64,000 bases of DNA from the human T2T-CHM13v2.0 reference genome, Homo sapiens (GCF_009914755.1 NC_060928.1), one strand, 5' to 3'. Counted from the first letter of the stretch, positions 19,060 to 32,403 are shown. Program-made: numbers and translations. Notes: generated from the letters alone by a model not told the origin.

Positions 19060-19736
19060 TTTTTCATTTTTAAATTTTCTTTTTATTTTTAAAAATAATT
19101 TCAACTTTTAGTTTCAGAGGGTTCATGTGCAGGTTTGTTACATGGGTATATTGTGTGATGCTCTGGTTTTGGGGGCACAATTGATTTTGTCACTCAGCTA
19201 GTGAGCATAGTATGCAAGAGGTAGTTTTTCAACCCCTGATAACCTCCTTCCTTTCCTCTAGTAGTCCCCAGTGTCTGTTGTTCCAGTCATTACGTCCATG
19301 AGTATCCAACGTTTAGCTTTCATTTATTAAGGGAGAGCACGTGATGTTTGGTTTTTTGTTCCTGTGTTAATTCTCTGAGGATAATGGACTCCAGCTCCAT
19401 TTATGTTGCTGCAAAGGACCTGATTTTATTCTTTTTTTATGGCTGCATAGTCTCCCATGGAGAAAAGGGAATACTTATACACTATTGATGTGAATGTAAA
19501 CTAGTTTAGCTGTATGGAGGGAGCTACCTATCCGGAAAACAGGAGATTTCTAAAAGAACTTAAAACAGAACTACCATTCGACCCAGCAATCCCATTACTG
19601 GGTATATATACAAAAGAAAATAAATTGTTCTACCAGAAAGATACACGCGCTCATATGTTTATTACAGCACTATTTACAATAGCAAAGACATGGAATCAAC
19701 CTAGGTGCCCATAAACAGTGGATTAGATAAAATGTG
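19060..19736 (-). mobile_element. L1PA15/16-like 3' fragment with inverted 5' segment
   Basis: Antisense L1 3' end 19060-19459 joined to a sense ORF2 C-terminal piece 19460-19736 ([14 protein letters not shown]; ORF 19514..19714). Confidence 0.85.
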
Positions 19737-19930
19737 TTTCACCAGTGCAACCCTCCTCCACACCAAACCCCGGCAACCATGTATATTTTTACTCTCTCTG
19801 TAGCTGTGTTATCCTAGAATGTTATATAATCATATAATTGGAATCATACAGTGTGTAGCCTTTTCAGACTGTCTTCTCTACTTAGCAATGTGTATTAAAA
19901 TTCTTCCTCTTTTTGTGGTTTGAAAGCATG

Positions 19931-20030
19931 CTTTCTTCCCTTTCTTTCCGTTTCCCCTCCCCTCCCCTTTTCTTTCCCCTTCCTCTTCCCCTTCCCCTTC
20001 CCTTTCCCCTTCCCTTCCCTTCCCTTTTTT
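19931..20030. repeat. Polypyrimidine (CCCTT-like) low-complexity tract
   Basis: About 100 nt of almost pure C/T. Confidence 0.9.
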
Positions 20031-21559
20031 GCTGAATAATATTCCGTTGCATGAATATAACATATTGTGTTTATCCATTCATCTGTTGAAGGACATCTTG
20101 ATTACTTCCAGTTTTTGGTAAATATAAATAAGGCTGCTGTAAACATTAATGGGCAGGTTTTTCTGTAGACATAAATTTTTAGATTAGTTGAGTAAATCCT
20201 GGGAACATTATTGCTGTATCATATTGTATAAGTATTCTCAGTTTTGTGCAAAACTGCCAACCTGTCTTCCAAAATGGCTATACTGTTTTGTATCCCACTG
20301 GCAATGATAAAAGTTTGTCTTCCTTCGTATGCTCACCATACAGACTTTTAGAGGCATTATTTATAATGATATGAGCAGGGTTTAAGGAAACAAGCAAGAA
20401 GCAGTATAATATCCTGGACTTAGCAATAGTACATGTGAAGGGAAATAATACTGGAGAGAGTAGCTGTATAGAGTGAGCTACCTATCTGGAGTGAAGGTTT
20501 TGGGTAAAGGGACACAGAAAACCAACCAACTCTTGTAGATCCAAAGGGGAGAGATTCAGAACAATAAACACCTCAGCCTTATTTGTCTCCCATGTATTGA
20601 TTGTTCCTCTTCCCATGCCTCCCATTGACTTGACACAACTAGAAGCCAGAGCAGAAGGGATTCATGGCTATAATCTAAGCAGGTCAGCCTCCTGCTGCAC
20701 TGAGCAGAGTGGGAAAAGGTGAGCACTATCTCGTGGGTCAAATGAAATTTCACCAAAAGCATATTTGAGTTTGTGCAAAGTTTTTGAAAAAATTTTATTT
20801 TGAACATTTTAGATTATTTCCTCCTTGGATATACTTCAATAGTGGGATTATTAGACCAAAGAAAATGAAAAATTTGAAAGCTGCTCACTTCTACATGCCA
20901 CATAATTAATATCTAAAATTTCCTATCATGGACTAAAATCTTATTATTTGTCTGTTTCATTATTATTGTTGATATATATAAGACATAATTAATTTTATAC
21001 ATTTACATGGATATTAAGTTCTTCTGTCATTGGTGGTTGCTATTATTGTCACATAGAAATTTTAATTGAATTGGGGAATAAGACATGTTGCAAGGGGTCA
21101 GGCACATATTAGAAACAAAGATTAATATATTTTTTCTTTCAAAAATGTGTAAACTACACATCTCTACCTATCTATTCAAGCAGATTTTTTCTAAAGATAA
21201 TAGATAAAATCTGTGTTCAGAAACATAGTAAATAGTCCCAGTTTAAATACATGCTAATTATCATTTCAAACATGTGTTTAAATTGTTTAGCTGTGTCTTT
21301 AACACTTGCTGGTTCCTTATCAGAAGCACATTGTTTATGAAAACTAAGAGTTTGTAGACTGTTTTTGTCTCTATTCAATATAGTTTTTTTCCCCAATAGT
21401 GACTTCCCTAGTGTTACTGTGGGCTTCTATTTCCTCTAACCTTTCTTGACTACACATGTGCTCCAATCAGGAAACTCCGACAATTCCCAGCGTTGCTGAA
21501 GGAAGTGGTTGAGGAGGCAACACAATTTTAAAATTTTTCATTCTCTTTCATTTTTTTTT

Positions 21560-21940
21560 AATCCCACTGAAATGCCTTGCCAAAGTCACCATGACTCATT
21601 TTTTGCTATGGCACTTGTGACTTTTGATTTAATTACTTGACCTTTCAGCAGTATTTGGCACTAACCATTACCCTGTTCCGAAAGCACTGTCATTCCTTGG
21701 CATTCAAGAAACTGTACTCTCATTGTTTCTCAGGTCTCTGGAGCCAGACTGTCTGGGCTGTACTGTTGTCTCTGTCGCTACTAGTTGCATGACTTTGTGT
21801 AAATAACTTAACATCTTTGGGATCCAGTTTTCTTATAGTTGAAATCGGGATAAAAATAGTACCTATTTTACAAAGTAGGGTAAGGATTGAATGAGTGAAT
21901 GTACGTAAAATGATCCAAACAATGTTTGGGATCTCAGCAC
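21560..21940. mobile_element. L2 fragment followed by MIR fragment
   Basis: cttgacctttcagcagtatttggcact (L2-like); ggagccagactgtctggg...cagttttcttatagttgaaatcgggataaaaatagtacct (MIR core). Confidence 0.7.
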
Positions 21941-21954
21941 CATTAAAGTAATAG

Positions 21955-22045
21955 CCGGTGGTGTGCTGATAAACTCACATTCAGAAAATTAAAAGTCCTG
22001 GTTTGTAGTGTTTGCCAGTTTCCTTGGTGTAAATACTCTCATCAT
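21955..22045. mobile_element. MER63-like hAT DNA transposon fragment
   Basis: ccggtggtgtgctg...tttgtagtgtttgccagtttccttggtgtaaatactc. Confidence 0.55.
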
Positions 22046-22047
22046 TC

Positions 22048-25000
22048 TTTTTTTTTTATATTCTTAATAAATGTATTTTATATTATTATTACTATTTTTT
22101 ATCAATTTCAACTTTTATTTTAGATCAGGGGTACATGTGCAGGTTTTGTTACATGGGTATATTGTGTGATCTTGGGATTTGGAGTACAGTTGATCCTGTC
22201 AGCCAGATAGTGCACATGGTACACAATAGGTAGTTTTCTAACCTTTGCCCTTCCCCCACCACAAGAAGTTCCTGGTGTCTATTGTTTCCATCTTTATGTA
22301 CCCAATGCTTAGTTCCCACTTATAAGTGGTATTTGGTTTTCTGTTCCTGCATTAATTGACTTAGGATAATGGTCTCTAGCTGCCACCATGTTGCTGCAAA
22401 GGACGTTCTTTCATTCTTTTTTATGGTGGTGTAGTATTTTGTGGTGTGTATGTACCACATTTTTTAAATAGTATCCACCATTGATGGGCACCTAGGCTGA
22501 TTCCATGTCTTTGTTATTGTGAATAGTGCCACAATGAATATATAAGTGCATATGTTATTTTTGGTAGAATGATTTATTTTCCTTTGGATATATGTCCAGT
22601 AATGGGATTGCTGGGTCAAATAGTAGTTCTGTAAGTTCTTTGAGAAATCTCCAAAGTGTTTTCTAAAGTGGCTGAACTGGTTGACATTTCCTTACCAGCA
22701 TCTGTTATTTTTTGACTTCTTAATAATAGTGATTCTGGCCGGCATGAGATGGTATCTCAATGTGGTTTTGATTTGGATTTCCCTGATTATTAGTGATGTT
22801 GGGTACATCTTTTTTGGTCACTGGTACGTCTTCTTTTGAGAAGTGCCGGTTCATGTCTTCTGCCCACTTTTTAATGGGGTTATTTGTTGTTTTGCTTGTA
22901 GAATTGTGTAAGTTCCTTATAGATCCTAGATATTAGACCTTTGTTGGATGCATAGGTTTTGAATGTTTTCTCCCAACCCTATAGGTTGTCTGTTTACTCT
23001 GTTGATAGTTTCTTTTGCTGTGAAAAAGCTCTTTAGTTAGGTCTCACTTGTCAATCTTGTTTTTATTGCAATGCTCTTGAGGACTTAGTTATAATTTTTT
23101 TCCCCAAAACTGAGGTCCACAAAAACCTAGGTATTTCCTAGGTTTTCTTCTCGAATTCTTACAGTTTGAGGTCTTACATTTAAATCTTTAATCCATTTTG
23201 AGTTGATTTTTGTATATGGGAAATTGTAGGAGTCCAGTTTAATTCTGCTGCATATGGCTAGCCAGCTAGTCCAACAGCATTTATTGAATAGGGTATACTT
23301 TCCCCATTGTTTATTTGTGTTCACTTTGTCAAAGACCAGTTGGTTGTAGGTATGTGGGTTTATTTATGGGTCCTCTGTTCTGTTAATCTATATGTTTATT
23401 TTTGTACCAGTAGTGTGTTCTTTTAGTTACTATAGCCTTGTAGCATAATTTGAAGTCAGGTAATGTGATGCCTATGGCTTTGCTGTTTTTTTTTTTATTA
23501 TTGCTTGGGCTATTTGGGCTGTTTTTTGTTTCATGTGAACTTTAAGATTGTTTTTTCTAGTTCTGTGAAGAATGGCATTTGTACTTTGATAAGAATTGCA
23601 TCGAATCTGTAGATTGCTTTAGACAGTATAGTAATTTTAACTATATTGATTATTCCATCCCATAAGCATGGGATGTTTTTCATTTGTTTGTGTCATCTAT
23701 AATATCTTTCATCAGTGCTTTATACTTCTTTTTGTAGAGATCTTTCACCTTGTTAGTTAAATGTATTCCTAGAATTTTTTTTTCAGTGTGGCTATTGTAA
23801 ATGAGATTGAGTTATTGATTTGGTTTTCAGCTTGAACATCATTGGTGTACAGAAATGCTACTGATTTGTGTACATTTATTTTGTATCCTGAAAGTTTACT
23901 GAAGTTGTTCATTAAGTCTAAGAGTCTTTAGAGGAATCTTTAGGATTTTCCAGATATGTGATCATTTCATCAGTGAACAGAGATACGCTGACTTCCTATT
24001 TTCCAGTTTGAATGCCTATCATTTCTTTCTCTTGCCTGATGGCTCTGGCTAGGACTTCCAGTACTATGTTGAGTATGAGTGGTGAGAGTGGACATCCTTG
24101 TCTTGCTCCAGTGCTTAAGGAGAATGCTTTCAACTTTTCCTCATTTGGTATGGTGTTGGCTGTGGGTTTGTCACATATGGCTCTTATTATTCTGAAGTGT
24201 ATTCCTTTGATGCATAGTTTGTTGAGGGTTTTTATCTTTAAGGGATGTGGGCTTTTACCCAATGCTTTTTCTGCAACTATTGAGATGATCATATGATTTT
24301 TGTTTTTGATTTTGTTTATGTGATGAATCACATTTATTGATTGGCAAATGTTGACCCATCCTTGCATCCCAAAAATAAAGCCCACTTGATAGTGATGAAT
24401 TATCTTTTTAATATGCTGTTAGATTCAGTTTGCTAATTTTCTTTTTTTTTGAGGACTTTTGCTTCTATATTCATCAGAAATATTGGCCTATAGTTTTCTT
24501 TTTTGTTATGTCCTTTCTTGATTTTGGATCAGGGTGATACTCATTTCATAGAATTGAGGAGGAATTCCATGAATTGAGTATTCTATGATACTAAGTAACT
24601 AACTAACTAGCTATTCTTTGGAGTAGTTTCAGTAAGATTGGTACCAGCTCTTCTTTGCACATCTCATAACATTTGGCTGTGAATCCATCAGATACTGGGC
24701 TTTTATTTGTTGGAAAATTTTTTATGACTGATTAAATCTCATTACTTGTTACTCATCTGTTCAGCATTTCTATTTTTTCCTGGTTCAATTTTGGGAGGTT
24801 GCATGTTTTCAGGAATTTATCCATTTCCTCTAGTTTTCTAGTTTGTGTGCATAGAGATGTTTATAGTAATCTCTGATAGTATTTTGTTTTTCTGTGGTAT
24901 TGGTTGTAATAACACTTATTTCTGATTGTCCTTATTTGAATCTTTTTTTCTTGGTTAAACTTGCTAGTGGTCTATTCATTTTGTTTATCCTTTCAAAGAA

Positions 25001-26852
25001 CCAACTTTTCATTTCATTGATCCTTGGTATTGTTCATTTGGTCTCAATCTCATTTAGTTCTGCTCGGATTTTTATTATTTCTTTTCTTCTGCTGGCTTTT
25101 GGGTTTGATTTGTTCTTGCTTTTCTAGTTCCTTGAAATGTGACACTAGACTACTAATTTGATATATTTATATCTTTTTGATGTAGACATTTAATAGTATA
25201 AACTTTCCTCTTAGCACTACCTTTGCTGTATCCCAGAGGTTTGGATATGTTGTGTCTGTATTTTCATTAAAAATTGTTTGATTTCTATGTTACTTTCATT
25301 TTTTACTAAAAAGTCAGGAGCAAGTTGTTTAGTTTCATGTACTTGTGTATTTTTGAGAGTTTCTCATGGTATTGATTAATAATTTTATTCCACTGTGGTC
25401 CAAGAATATATTTAATATAATTTTGATTTTTAAAAATTTATTGAGACTTGCTTTGTGGCAAGGCATATAGTGAATCTTAGAGAGTGTTCTATGCACAGAT
25501 GAGAAAAATGTATATTCTGTGGTTTTGGGCATAAAATGTTTGTTAAATATCTATGTTTCATTTGGTCTGGAGTCCAGTTTATGTCTAGTGCTTCTTTGTT
25601 GACTCTGCCTCAATGATCTATCTAGTGTGGTCAGTGGGATTTTGAAGTCCCCCACTAGTGCTGAATTGCTGTCAATCTCTTTTCTTAGGTGTAGTAGTAT
25701 TTGTTTTATCAATCTGGGTGCTCCCGTGTTGGGTGCATATTTATTTTATTTAGAATAGTTAAAACTTCTTGTAGTATTGACCTCATCATCATTATATAAT
25801 GCCCCTCTTTGTCTTTTTTTTTTTTTAACTGTTGTTGGTTTAAAGTCTGTTTTATCTGATGTAAAAATGGCTACTTCTGCTAACTTTTGTTTTCTATTTG
25901 TGTGGTATATCTTTTTCTACCCCTTTACTTTGAGTCTGCAGGTGTCTTTAGCTATTTAATTGGTCTCTTGTAGGCAGCAGGTGGTTGTGTCTTGTTTTGT
26001 AATCCAATTTGCCAGTCTATATCTTTTAAATGGAGGATTTAGGCCATTACATTCAAGGTTAATATTGATATGTGAAGTTTTGTCCTGCCAGAGATTTGTC
26101 AGCTAGTTGCCTTTGAGTCTCAATTATGTATGTAATTGTTTTATAAGATCCATGAGATTTCTAGCAAGTGTTTGGAAAACACTTACTAGAAATAACCAGT
26201 GTGTTATATGATGATGAGTATCCTTTTATTATCATGTTTAGAGTGCTTTTGAGCATTTCTTGTAGGACTGGTCTAGTGGTGCCAAATTCCCTTAGCATTT
26301 GTTTGTCTGGGAAAGGCTTTATTTCTCCTTCATTTATTAAGCTTAGTTTGGCAGTATATAAAATTCTTGGCTGGCATTTTTATTTCTGTAAGAAGGCAGA
26401 AAATAGGCTTCTAATGTCTTCTGGCTTGTAGGGTTTCTGCTGAGAAGTCCACTGTTAGTCTGATAGGATTGCCTTTATAGGTGATTTGATAGTTCTCTCT
26501 AGCTGCCTTTAAGACTTTTTCTTTCACACTGGCCTTTGATTGTCTGATGACTATATGCCTTGGTTATAATTGTTTTATATAACATCTTCAAGGTCTTCCC
26601 TAAATTTCTTGTATCTGCATGTATACATCTGTAGCAAGATTGGAGAAAATTTCCTCAATTATTCCCTCAAATATGTTTTTCAAACTTCTTACTTTTTCTT
26701 CTCCCTTGCTTCACATAATCCATATATCTCAAACAATTTGTTCAGTATTTTAAATTCTTTTTTTGTCTAAGTGGGTTAATTTGAAAATTTCCAGGTTTTC
26801 TGGTTAGTTTTTTAAAAATACATCTATCTCATCTGTCATCTCTTGAATTGTT

Positions 26853-26883
<31 letters not shown>

Positions 26884-27870
26884 CGATTTCCAACTTTCTC
26901 TGTGTTCTCATTGAGCTTCCTTATAACACACATCTTGAATTCTCTATCTGTCATTTCAAAGTTTTTATTTTGGTTAGAATCTATGCTAGAGAGCTATTGT
27001 GGTCTTTGGAGAATGTCACAACATTCTGTTTCTTCATGGTGCTGGAATTCTTGTGGTGGTTCCTTCTCATTTGTAGAAGCTGTCACTTCTTACCTGGGAA
27101 TTTACTTTTATTTGCGTGGGATTTTTTTTCTTCCACTAGAGTGTGATTTTTGCATATATTGGTGGGGTCCTTTGGTTTCACTTCTATATGCTTTTAGAGG
27201 ACCAAAGCACTGTATGAATTCTTTGCTTATATATCACATTAGTGTAGTGGTTTTCTAAAATGCTAGATTGTAGTAGTGGCGTGCTGTACATATGGTCAGG
27301 CTTACTGTCTCCTACAGAGATGAGGAGATGGAGATCTCAGAAGTTACCTCATTCCCCCGTGCTGTGCACTTCTACCAGCAGTAATTATATTGGGTTGTGC
27401 AGTTCACCATACAGGCCAGCAGGTGGTGCTTACAGGTAAGAGTTGGCTGAGCACTGTACAATGATGTCAGCAGAAGTTGTGATTGGACATGCAGTTTGAC
27501 CTCCCATCCATATGTGGTGCTTGCAGGTGAGAGGCGGCTGTGGTGATGGCAGTGGAAATTTTACTTGGCCTTTGTTGATCAGGGGAACTACCAGGGTGTG
27601 CCTGGTGATGGGGAGCATGGAGCTCTCAAGTGTCCCATTCCACACTCTGACCAACGGGGGTGCAGGGGGGAAAGCTGGGTGGGGCTGGGTTGGGCGAACC
27701 TACCTCCAGGCTCTCCAGGCTAACTAGGGTGGGACCAAGCACAACCTTGGTGGGAGCTGAGGGGCAGCTCTCAGGCCACTGGAACAACCCAGGGAGGGGC
27801 AGAGGTGTTTCTCCTGTGCCAAAGAACCCACCAAGAGAAAAAGCGGCAGCCAGGGTTTTTTTCCTGGCTG
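22048..27870 (-). mobile_element. Near-full-length older primate LINE-1 (L1PA15/16 or L1PB-like)
   Basis: Antisense 3' end at 22.05 kb; RT fragment ([11 protein letters not shown] 23996..24385) and endonuclease fragment (ORF 25335..25532); ORF1 remnant about 26.2-27.0 kb; GC-richer 5' UTR about 27.2-27.87 kb; 5' boundary approximate. Confidence 0.9.
26857..26883. repeat. (TG)n microsatellite
   Basis: Direct read. Confidence 0.95.
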
Positions 27871-28029
27871 TTCAAAGTATGAAGGTTTACTTGATATTTT
27901 GGTTCCTCTCAGTGAAGAGGCACATGTCAGCTGCATCTAATCAATCATCTTCATTTCTCGTGAGTTTGTGAATCCTATGCAGAGCAACAGCAGCAGAAGT
28001 TTGGCACCGTTGTGCTCATATCTCCATAA

Positions 28030-28460
28030 ACAGCCTCATTTCCACTTTTTGGCTGTTATTATTAATACACCTATAAACTTTTATGTGGACATAGTTTGCA
28101 TTTCTCTTGAGTGTATATCCAGAAGTGAAATTGCTAGGTGCATATGGTAACTCTACATTTAACTTTTCAAAAAACTGCAAATTGATTTCCAAAGAGGTTG
28201 CAAGATTTTACATTCTCACTTGCAGTGCGTAAGGGTTCCAATGTCTTCAATGCTTGTTATTACATCCTTTTGATTATGACCATCCTCGTGTATATGAAAT
28301 GATATGTTTGTCATTTTCATTTGTATTTTCATGATGGCTAATGATGTCGAACATTTTTTTCATATGCTTATTGGCCATTTGTATTTCACCTTTAGAGAAA
28401 TGTCTATATCTTTGTACATTTCCTGATTGGATACTTTTCTTTTTTATTGAGTTGCAATTT
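28030..28460 (-). mobile_element. Old L1M (L1MB-like) fragment
   Basis: ttccactttttggctgtt...agaagtgaaattgctagg...catatggtaactcta...tgcttattggccatttgtat. Confidence 0.8.
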
Positions 28461-28509
28461 CATTCACTTTTTATGACTCCAATTATATTTTTATTCTTAT
28501 GACTCTGAA

Positions 28510-28930
28510 AAAATACCTTAAGTCTAGATTTCTAGTCTGAACTTCATAGATGCTCCGTAGCCACCACAAGTTCAATATGATCCTCCAAACCTGCTTGTCT
28601 TTCTTAGTTATTATCTCATCGAAATGCCCCACCATTCACTCTGAGACCTGAGTGTCATCTGTTTCACCTCTTTTCCCCTCTAAATCCAGCCAGCTACAAC
28701 AACATTGTTTCTACCTCTTACAAAACTTCTAAAATTTCTATCTCTATGGTCAAGTTTGTTCAGACCACAATAAAATTTTTTTTCTGTTTATCTGTCTTTT
28801 GTTTTATAAGCTAATTACTTGCACTTCAGAGTGCATATTTTAAAATATAAATCTAATCATGTTATTTTCATGATTAAAACCTTTTAATGGTTTCCTCTTG
28901 CTTTTAGGATAATATTCAAATTACTTAACA
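28510..28930. mobile_element. L2 fragment
   Basis: aaatctaatcatgtt...ttaaaaccttttaatggtttcctcttgct. Confidence 0.6.
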
Positions 28931-30582
28931 TAAATACTATATAGGAGATAACTTCCTTATAATTATAGTTATTAAAAATGTACTTGACCAGCTTAAACTG
29001 TAGAGTTCCTTGTCACAAGAAACAGTCATACAAAGGTTGAAAATTGATCATCTCTCAAGGGTAATGTGAACAGGATTTATGCTTTGGATGGACAGTAGAA
29101 ACTGATCTCTACTAAGGCTTCTTACCATTATAAACTGCTATGATTCTAATACATGTATATTGTACATGCTAATAACCAAAAGGTTTGATTTATTGGGAAG
29201 CCTCATATCAATATGAATAAATATAAAGATACAGTTTTGCAGTTGTAAAGAAAAAGTTGTAAATACACTGTTGTATCCAAAACACTATTAGTCTTATAGG
29301 AAACTACTGAGTACACTATGAATTTGTCTTTGAATTTAAAATAAAAACGTATAGTAAATTATAGAAATGGTCAAAATTATAATTCTGGGGAGTCAGAAAA
29401 AATGTCAGCCTAGAATAAGTAAAAATAAAGCCTAGTTTTTTGACCAAAATATTCTTATCTTCACATTTTTGAGTCACTGATGTTTTTAGAATTTGATGAA
29501 AATTATGGAATCTTTGTGTTGAAAAATATGCTTAGTGCTCCAAATTTTCACAGTGTTCATAACCCCACTTAGGTCCATCCATGAACCCACAATAAAGGAT
29601 CCTAGATCTCCAGAGTGCTGAGATGGGGTTTGATTCAAAATGCTGTAAATAGGTGACAGTGAGGTTTTTGGTGGTTAGCTTCACCATTATCAAGAGGATT
29701 TTTAAAAATTAAAATATAGATAATATATAGAGAAAAGAACTTCAATAAAAATATAATCAATGCTCTTGTAAATCTGTACTTATTTCAGAAAGATGCATGA
29801 CAAAGAATAAGAAGGTAGTCCAGAATTAGGAGTTCCTATATAGCTCAATATCTAAATGATAATCATTTGTGTTACGGGGAGGATTTAAAATGAGTTAATA
29901 GATGTACAAAATTCTATTTACGTTTTTCTCAGGAAATATATGAACAAAAATTGATCTGGAGAATTTCCTTTCATGCCTTGAAGATTGATCTCGAATTTTT
30001 AGAGAAATATAACATAGTTTATTTAATTTGTTTCTTGAATATTGTTTTAAAATACAATTGATCACTATTACAATGTGAAGATACACTATTATGGAACTTT
30101 TCATATATTTTCAAAATTGAACAACAGGCTGATTTGCTTTCAAAGGGCTGAAATATATAGGTCATGATATGCTCTGGCAGACTTAGCTTCATGGATAAAA
30201 GATGTTATTGCGCACCAGCAAAGCATCATTTATTAGCCTTGCTCCAATCAGTCTAAATTATATTCTCAAGTACTGCCAACTGCTTTGAATTTGATGTCAC
30301 CAGAGCACATCATTAATTTATCAAACTGTTTTGTCTGAAGGCAATGAAAGACTGCCATGTTATTCTCCTGGGCTGAAAGAAAAATAGGAGGAGTCAGAAA
30401 TAAACAAATGTCTTTTTTGCTCACATTAATTCGGATATTTAAATGAGAATGAATACTAAAGGAATGTCGAAAAGATACATTAAATTGCAGAGACAAACTC
30501 TATTGAACTTAGGATATATTTGGTGCATTTTGCCGCATAATCCTTAAAGACCAATTGCCAACTTAAAGATTGTTAACCTCAT

Positions 30583-30946
30583 TGCTACGTTCTAAATATT
30601 TAAGGGTCCCCAAATTTTTATCAATGCTAATTGCCAATGTGATGTCATTAAAAACTGGGGCTGTTGGGAGGTGATTAGGTCATGAGGAGGAAGCCTTCAA
30701 TGGTGGGATGAGTGCCTTTATAAAAGAGGACAGAGAGATCCCTAGCCTCTTCCATAATGTAAGGACACGGAAAGAAGACACTATCTATGAACCAAGAAAC
30801 AGGTCGTCATCAGACACCGAATCTGCTGGCACCATGATCTTGAATTTCCCAGCTTCCAGAACTGTGAACAGCAAATTTCTAGGCAGTTGTTTCTAGGCTA
30901 CGCAGTCTCTGGTATTTTGTTATAACAGCTCAAACAGACTAAAATA
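30583..30946 (+). mobile_element. MaLR solo LTR (MLT1A/MSTD-like)
   Basis: gggaggtgattaggtcatgagg...gaatctgctggcaccatgatcttg...ggtattttgttataacagc. Confidence 0.85.
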
Positions 30947-31035
30947 CTCATTTTTTTTTTCCGCATGAAGAATTAACATTTTAGTGATTTGCAATGACAG
31001 GGGAGATTTTCTAAAATTATAAGAAATTTTCAGCC

Positions 31036-31589
31036 TGTTGGGAAAAGGGTTTGTGGAATGCCTGTATAAACTGGCCATGAAAATATGGGACAATAAGTTG
31101 TGGAAAGCCACAAGAGGCCTCTGAGGAGGAAAGCCTCCTAATTTCCATCACGTTCCCATGCTCAGAGGGAGACCCGCTCTCTTATGGGTAAACACCGTAT
31201 TCAAGGAGAAAGACACTCCTTTGAAACACTGGAATGGGGACAGACGTGCAGGCTCCTATTTAAGCCAGCTCCCACTAGCTACTCTCCGATATATTAAAGA
31301 GATGCTGTTTGAGCACAAAGGAGATTCATTTAAACCGCTATTGCTACAGATTATGCCTATGACATACTGCCTCCTTTTCACTGTTTCACCCTGAACATCT
31401 GCTTCTTAGATGTAAGTGATTGTGCTCAATAAATAGTGTGGAGACCAGAGCTCGGGGCCTTTTGCAGTCTCCAAAAGTGCAACTGGCCCCCTGGCTCCCC
31501 ACCTTTCCTCTTAACTTGTCTCCCCTCAATCCTTTGTCACCACCAGACTTTGGGTACCCTACGGGTGGTGTTGAGGCTGGTTCCCAACA
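31036..31589 (+). mobile_element. ERVK-class solo LTR (LTR14/HML-1-like, possibly LTR14C)
   Basis: Perfect 9-bp inverted termini tgttgggaa/ttcccaaca; 6-bp TSD tcagcc (31030-31035)/tcaacc (31590-31595); AATAAA at 31428-31433. Confidence 0.85.
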
Positions 31590-32309
31590 TCAACCTATAG
31601 ATAGAATTCAATATTTATGTATATAGTAATTGTTTTACTTCAGCAAACTACTAAAACACATACTTTCTGCAAATGCTTATTTAACTCTTAACATTTTAAT
31701 TTTTAGAACTTATGCTTGAATAAAACATAACATATTTAAATGTATATACACATTTAGATGTTCTTCTGTGCTTCAGTTAAGTATTTAATATTTATAATTT
31801 TAAAATATTTTACATTATAAACAAAATATTTTTCATGATATTAATACTTATTTAGAATATGGATAAGCAAAAGTAAAAATCATCTGTAATCCCACTTCGG
31901 AGAATACTTAAAATTTTGAATGTTGAATGTTATTTAAGATTTTTAAGTTTCTATGCAATTTTATCAACTAAAATAATGATAATTATGCATGACTCTTTTA
32001 TATTTTTCTTTCCATTGTACGTTGGTTAGAATTTATAGAATAATGTTAAACAGTAATGATGATTGTGGCATGGTATTTTGCTTTAATATTGCTGCTTTTA
32101 ACATTTTACCAGTAAACACAATGTCAATGATTGAAGTAATGTAGACACTCTTTAACAAGTTAATGTGTTTTCTTTTCTAATTTATTGAGATAATTTTTGA
32201 AGCAGAAGATATTGGTACCTATTATGTGTATTTTCTACTTTATTAAATCATATATGAATAGATTTTATGTTTTATATTATTGGTATTTAACTTGTCAAAC
32301 AATACATAC

Positions 32310-32403
32310 ATGTATTATATATATAACATATATATTATATATAATACATTATATATAATCCATATATATTATATATAATACATTATATATAATCCATATA
32401 TAT
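32310..32403. repeat. AT-rich minisatellite with perfect 34-bp tandem duplication
   Basis: catatatattatatataatacattatatataatc at 32327-32360 and 32361-32394. Confidence 0.9.

Larger units (their letters stand above)
17095..20340 (-). mobile_element. L1MD-like 3' region, interrupted by three younger insertions
   Basis: ttttttagaacagttttagatttatagaaa...ttccaggatccca...ccttaggctcctc; resumes at about 18705 and about 19737. Confidence 0.8.
17035..20750. mobile_element. Old ERVL-type LTR (LTR41-like) split into about 17035-17092 and about 20345-20750 by nested insertions
   Basis: caggaaatagattgcacaatcaaa ... then gcagggtttaaggaaacaag...tgcctcccattg...agaagccagag...aggtcagcctcc; family name from memory. 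Confidence 0.5.
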
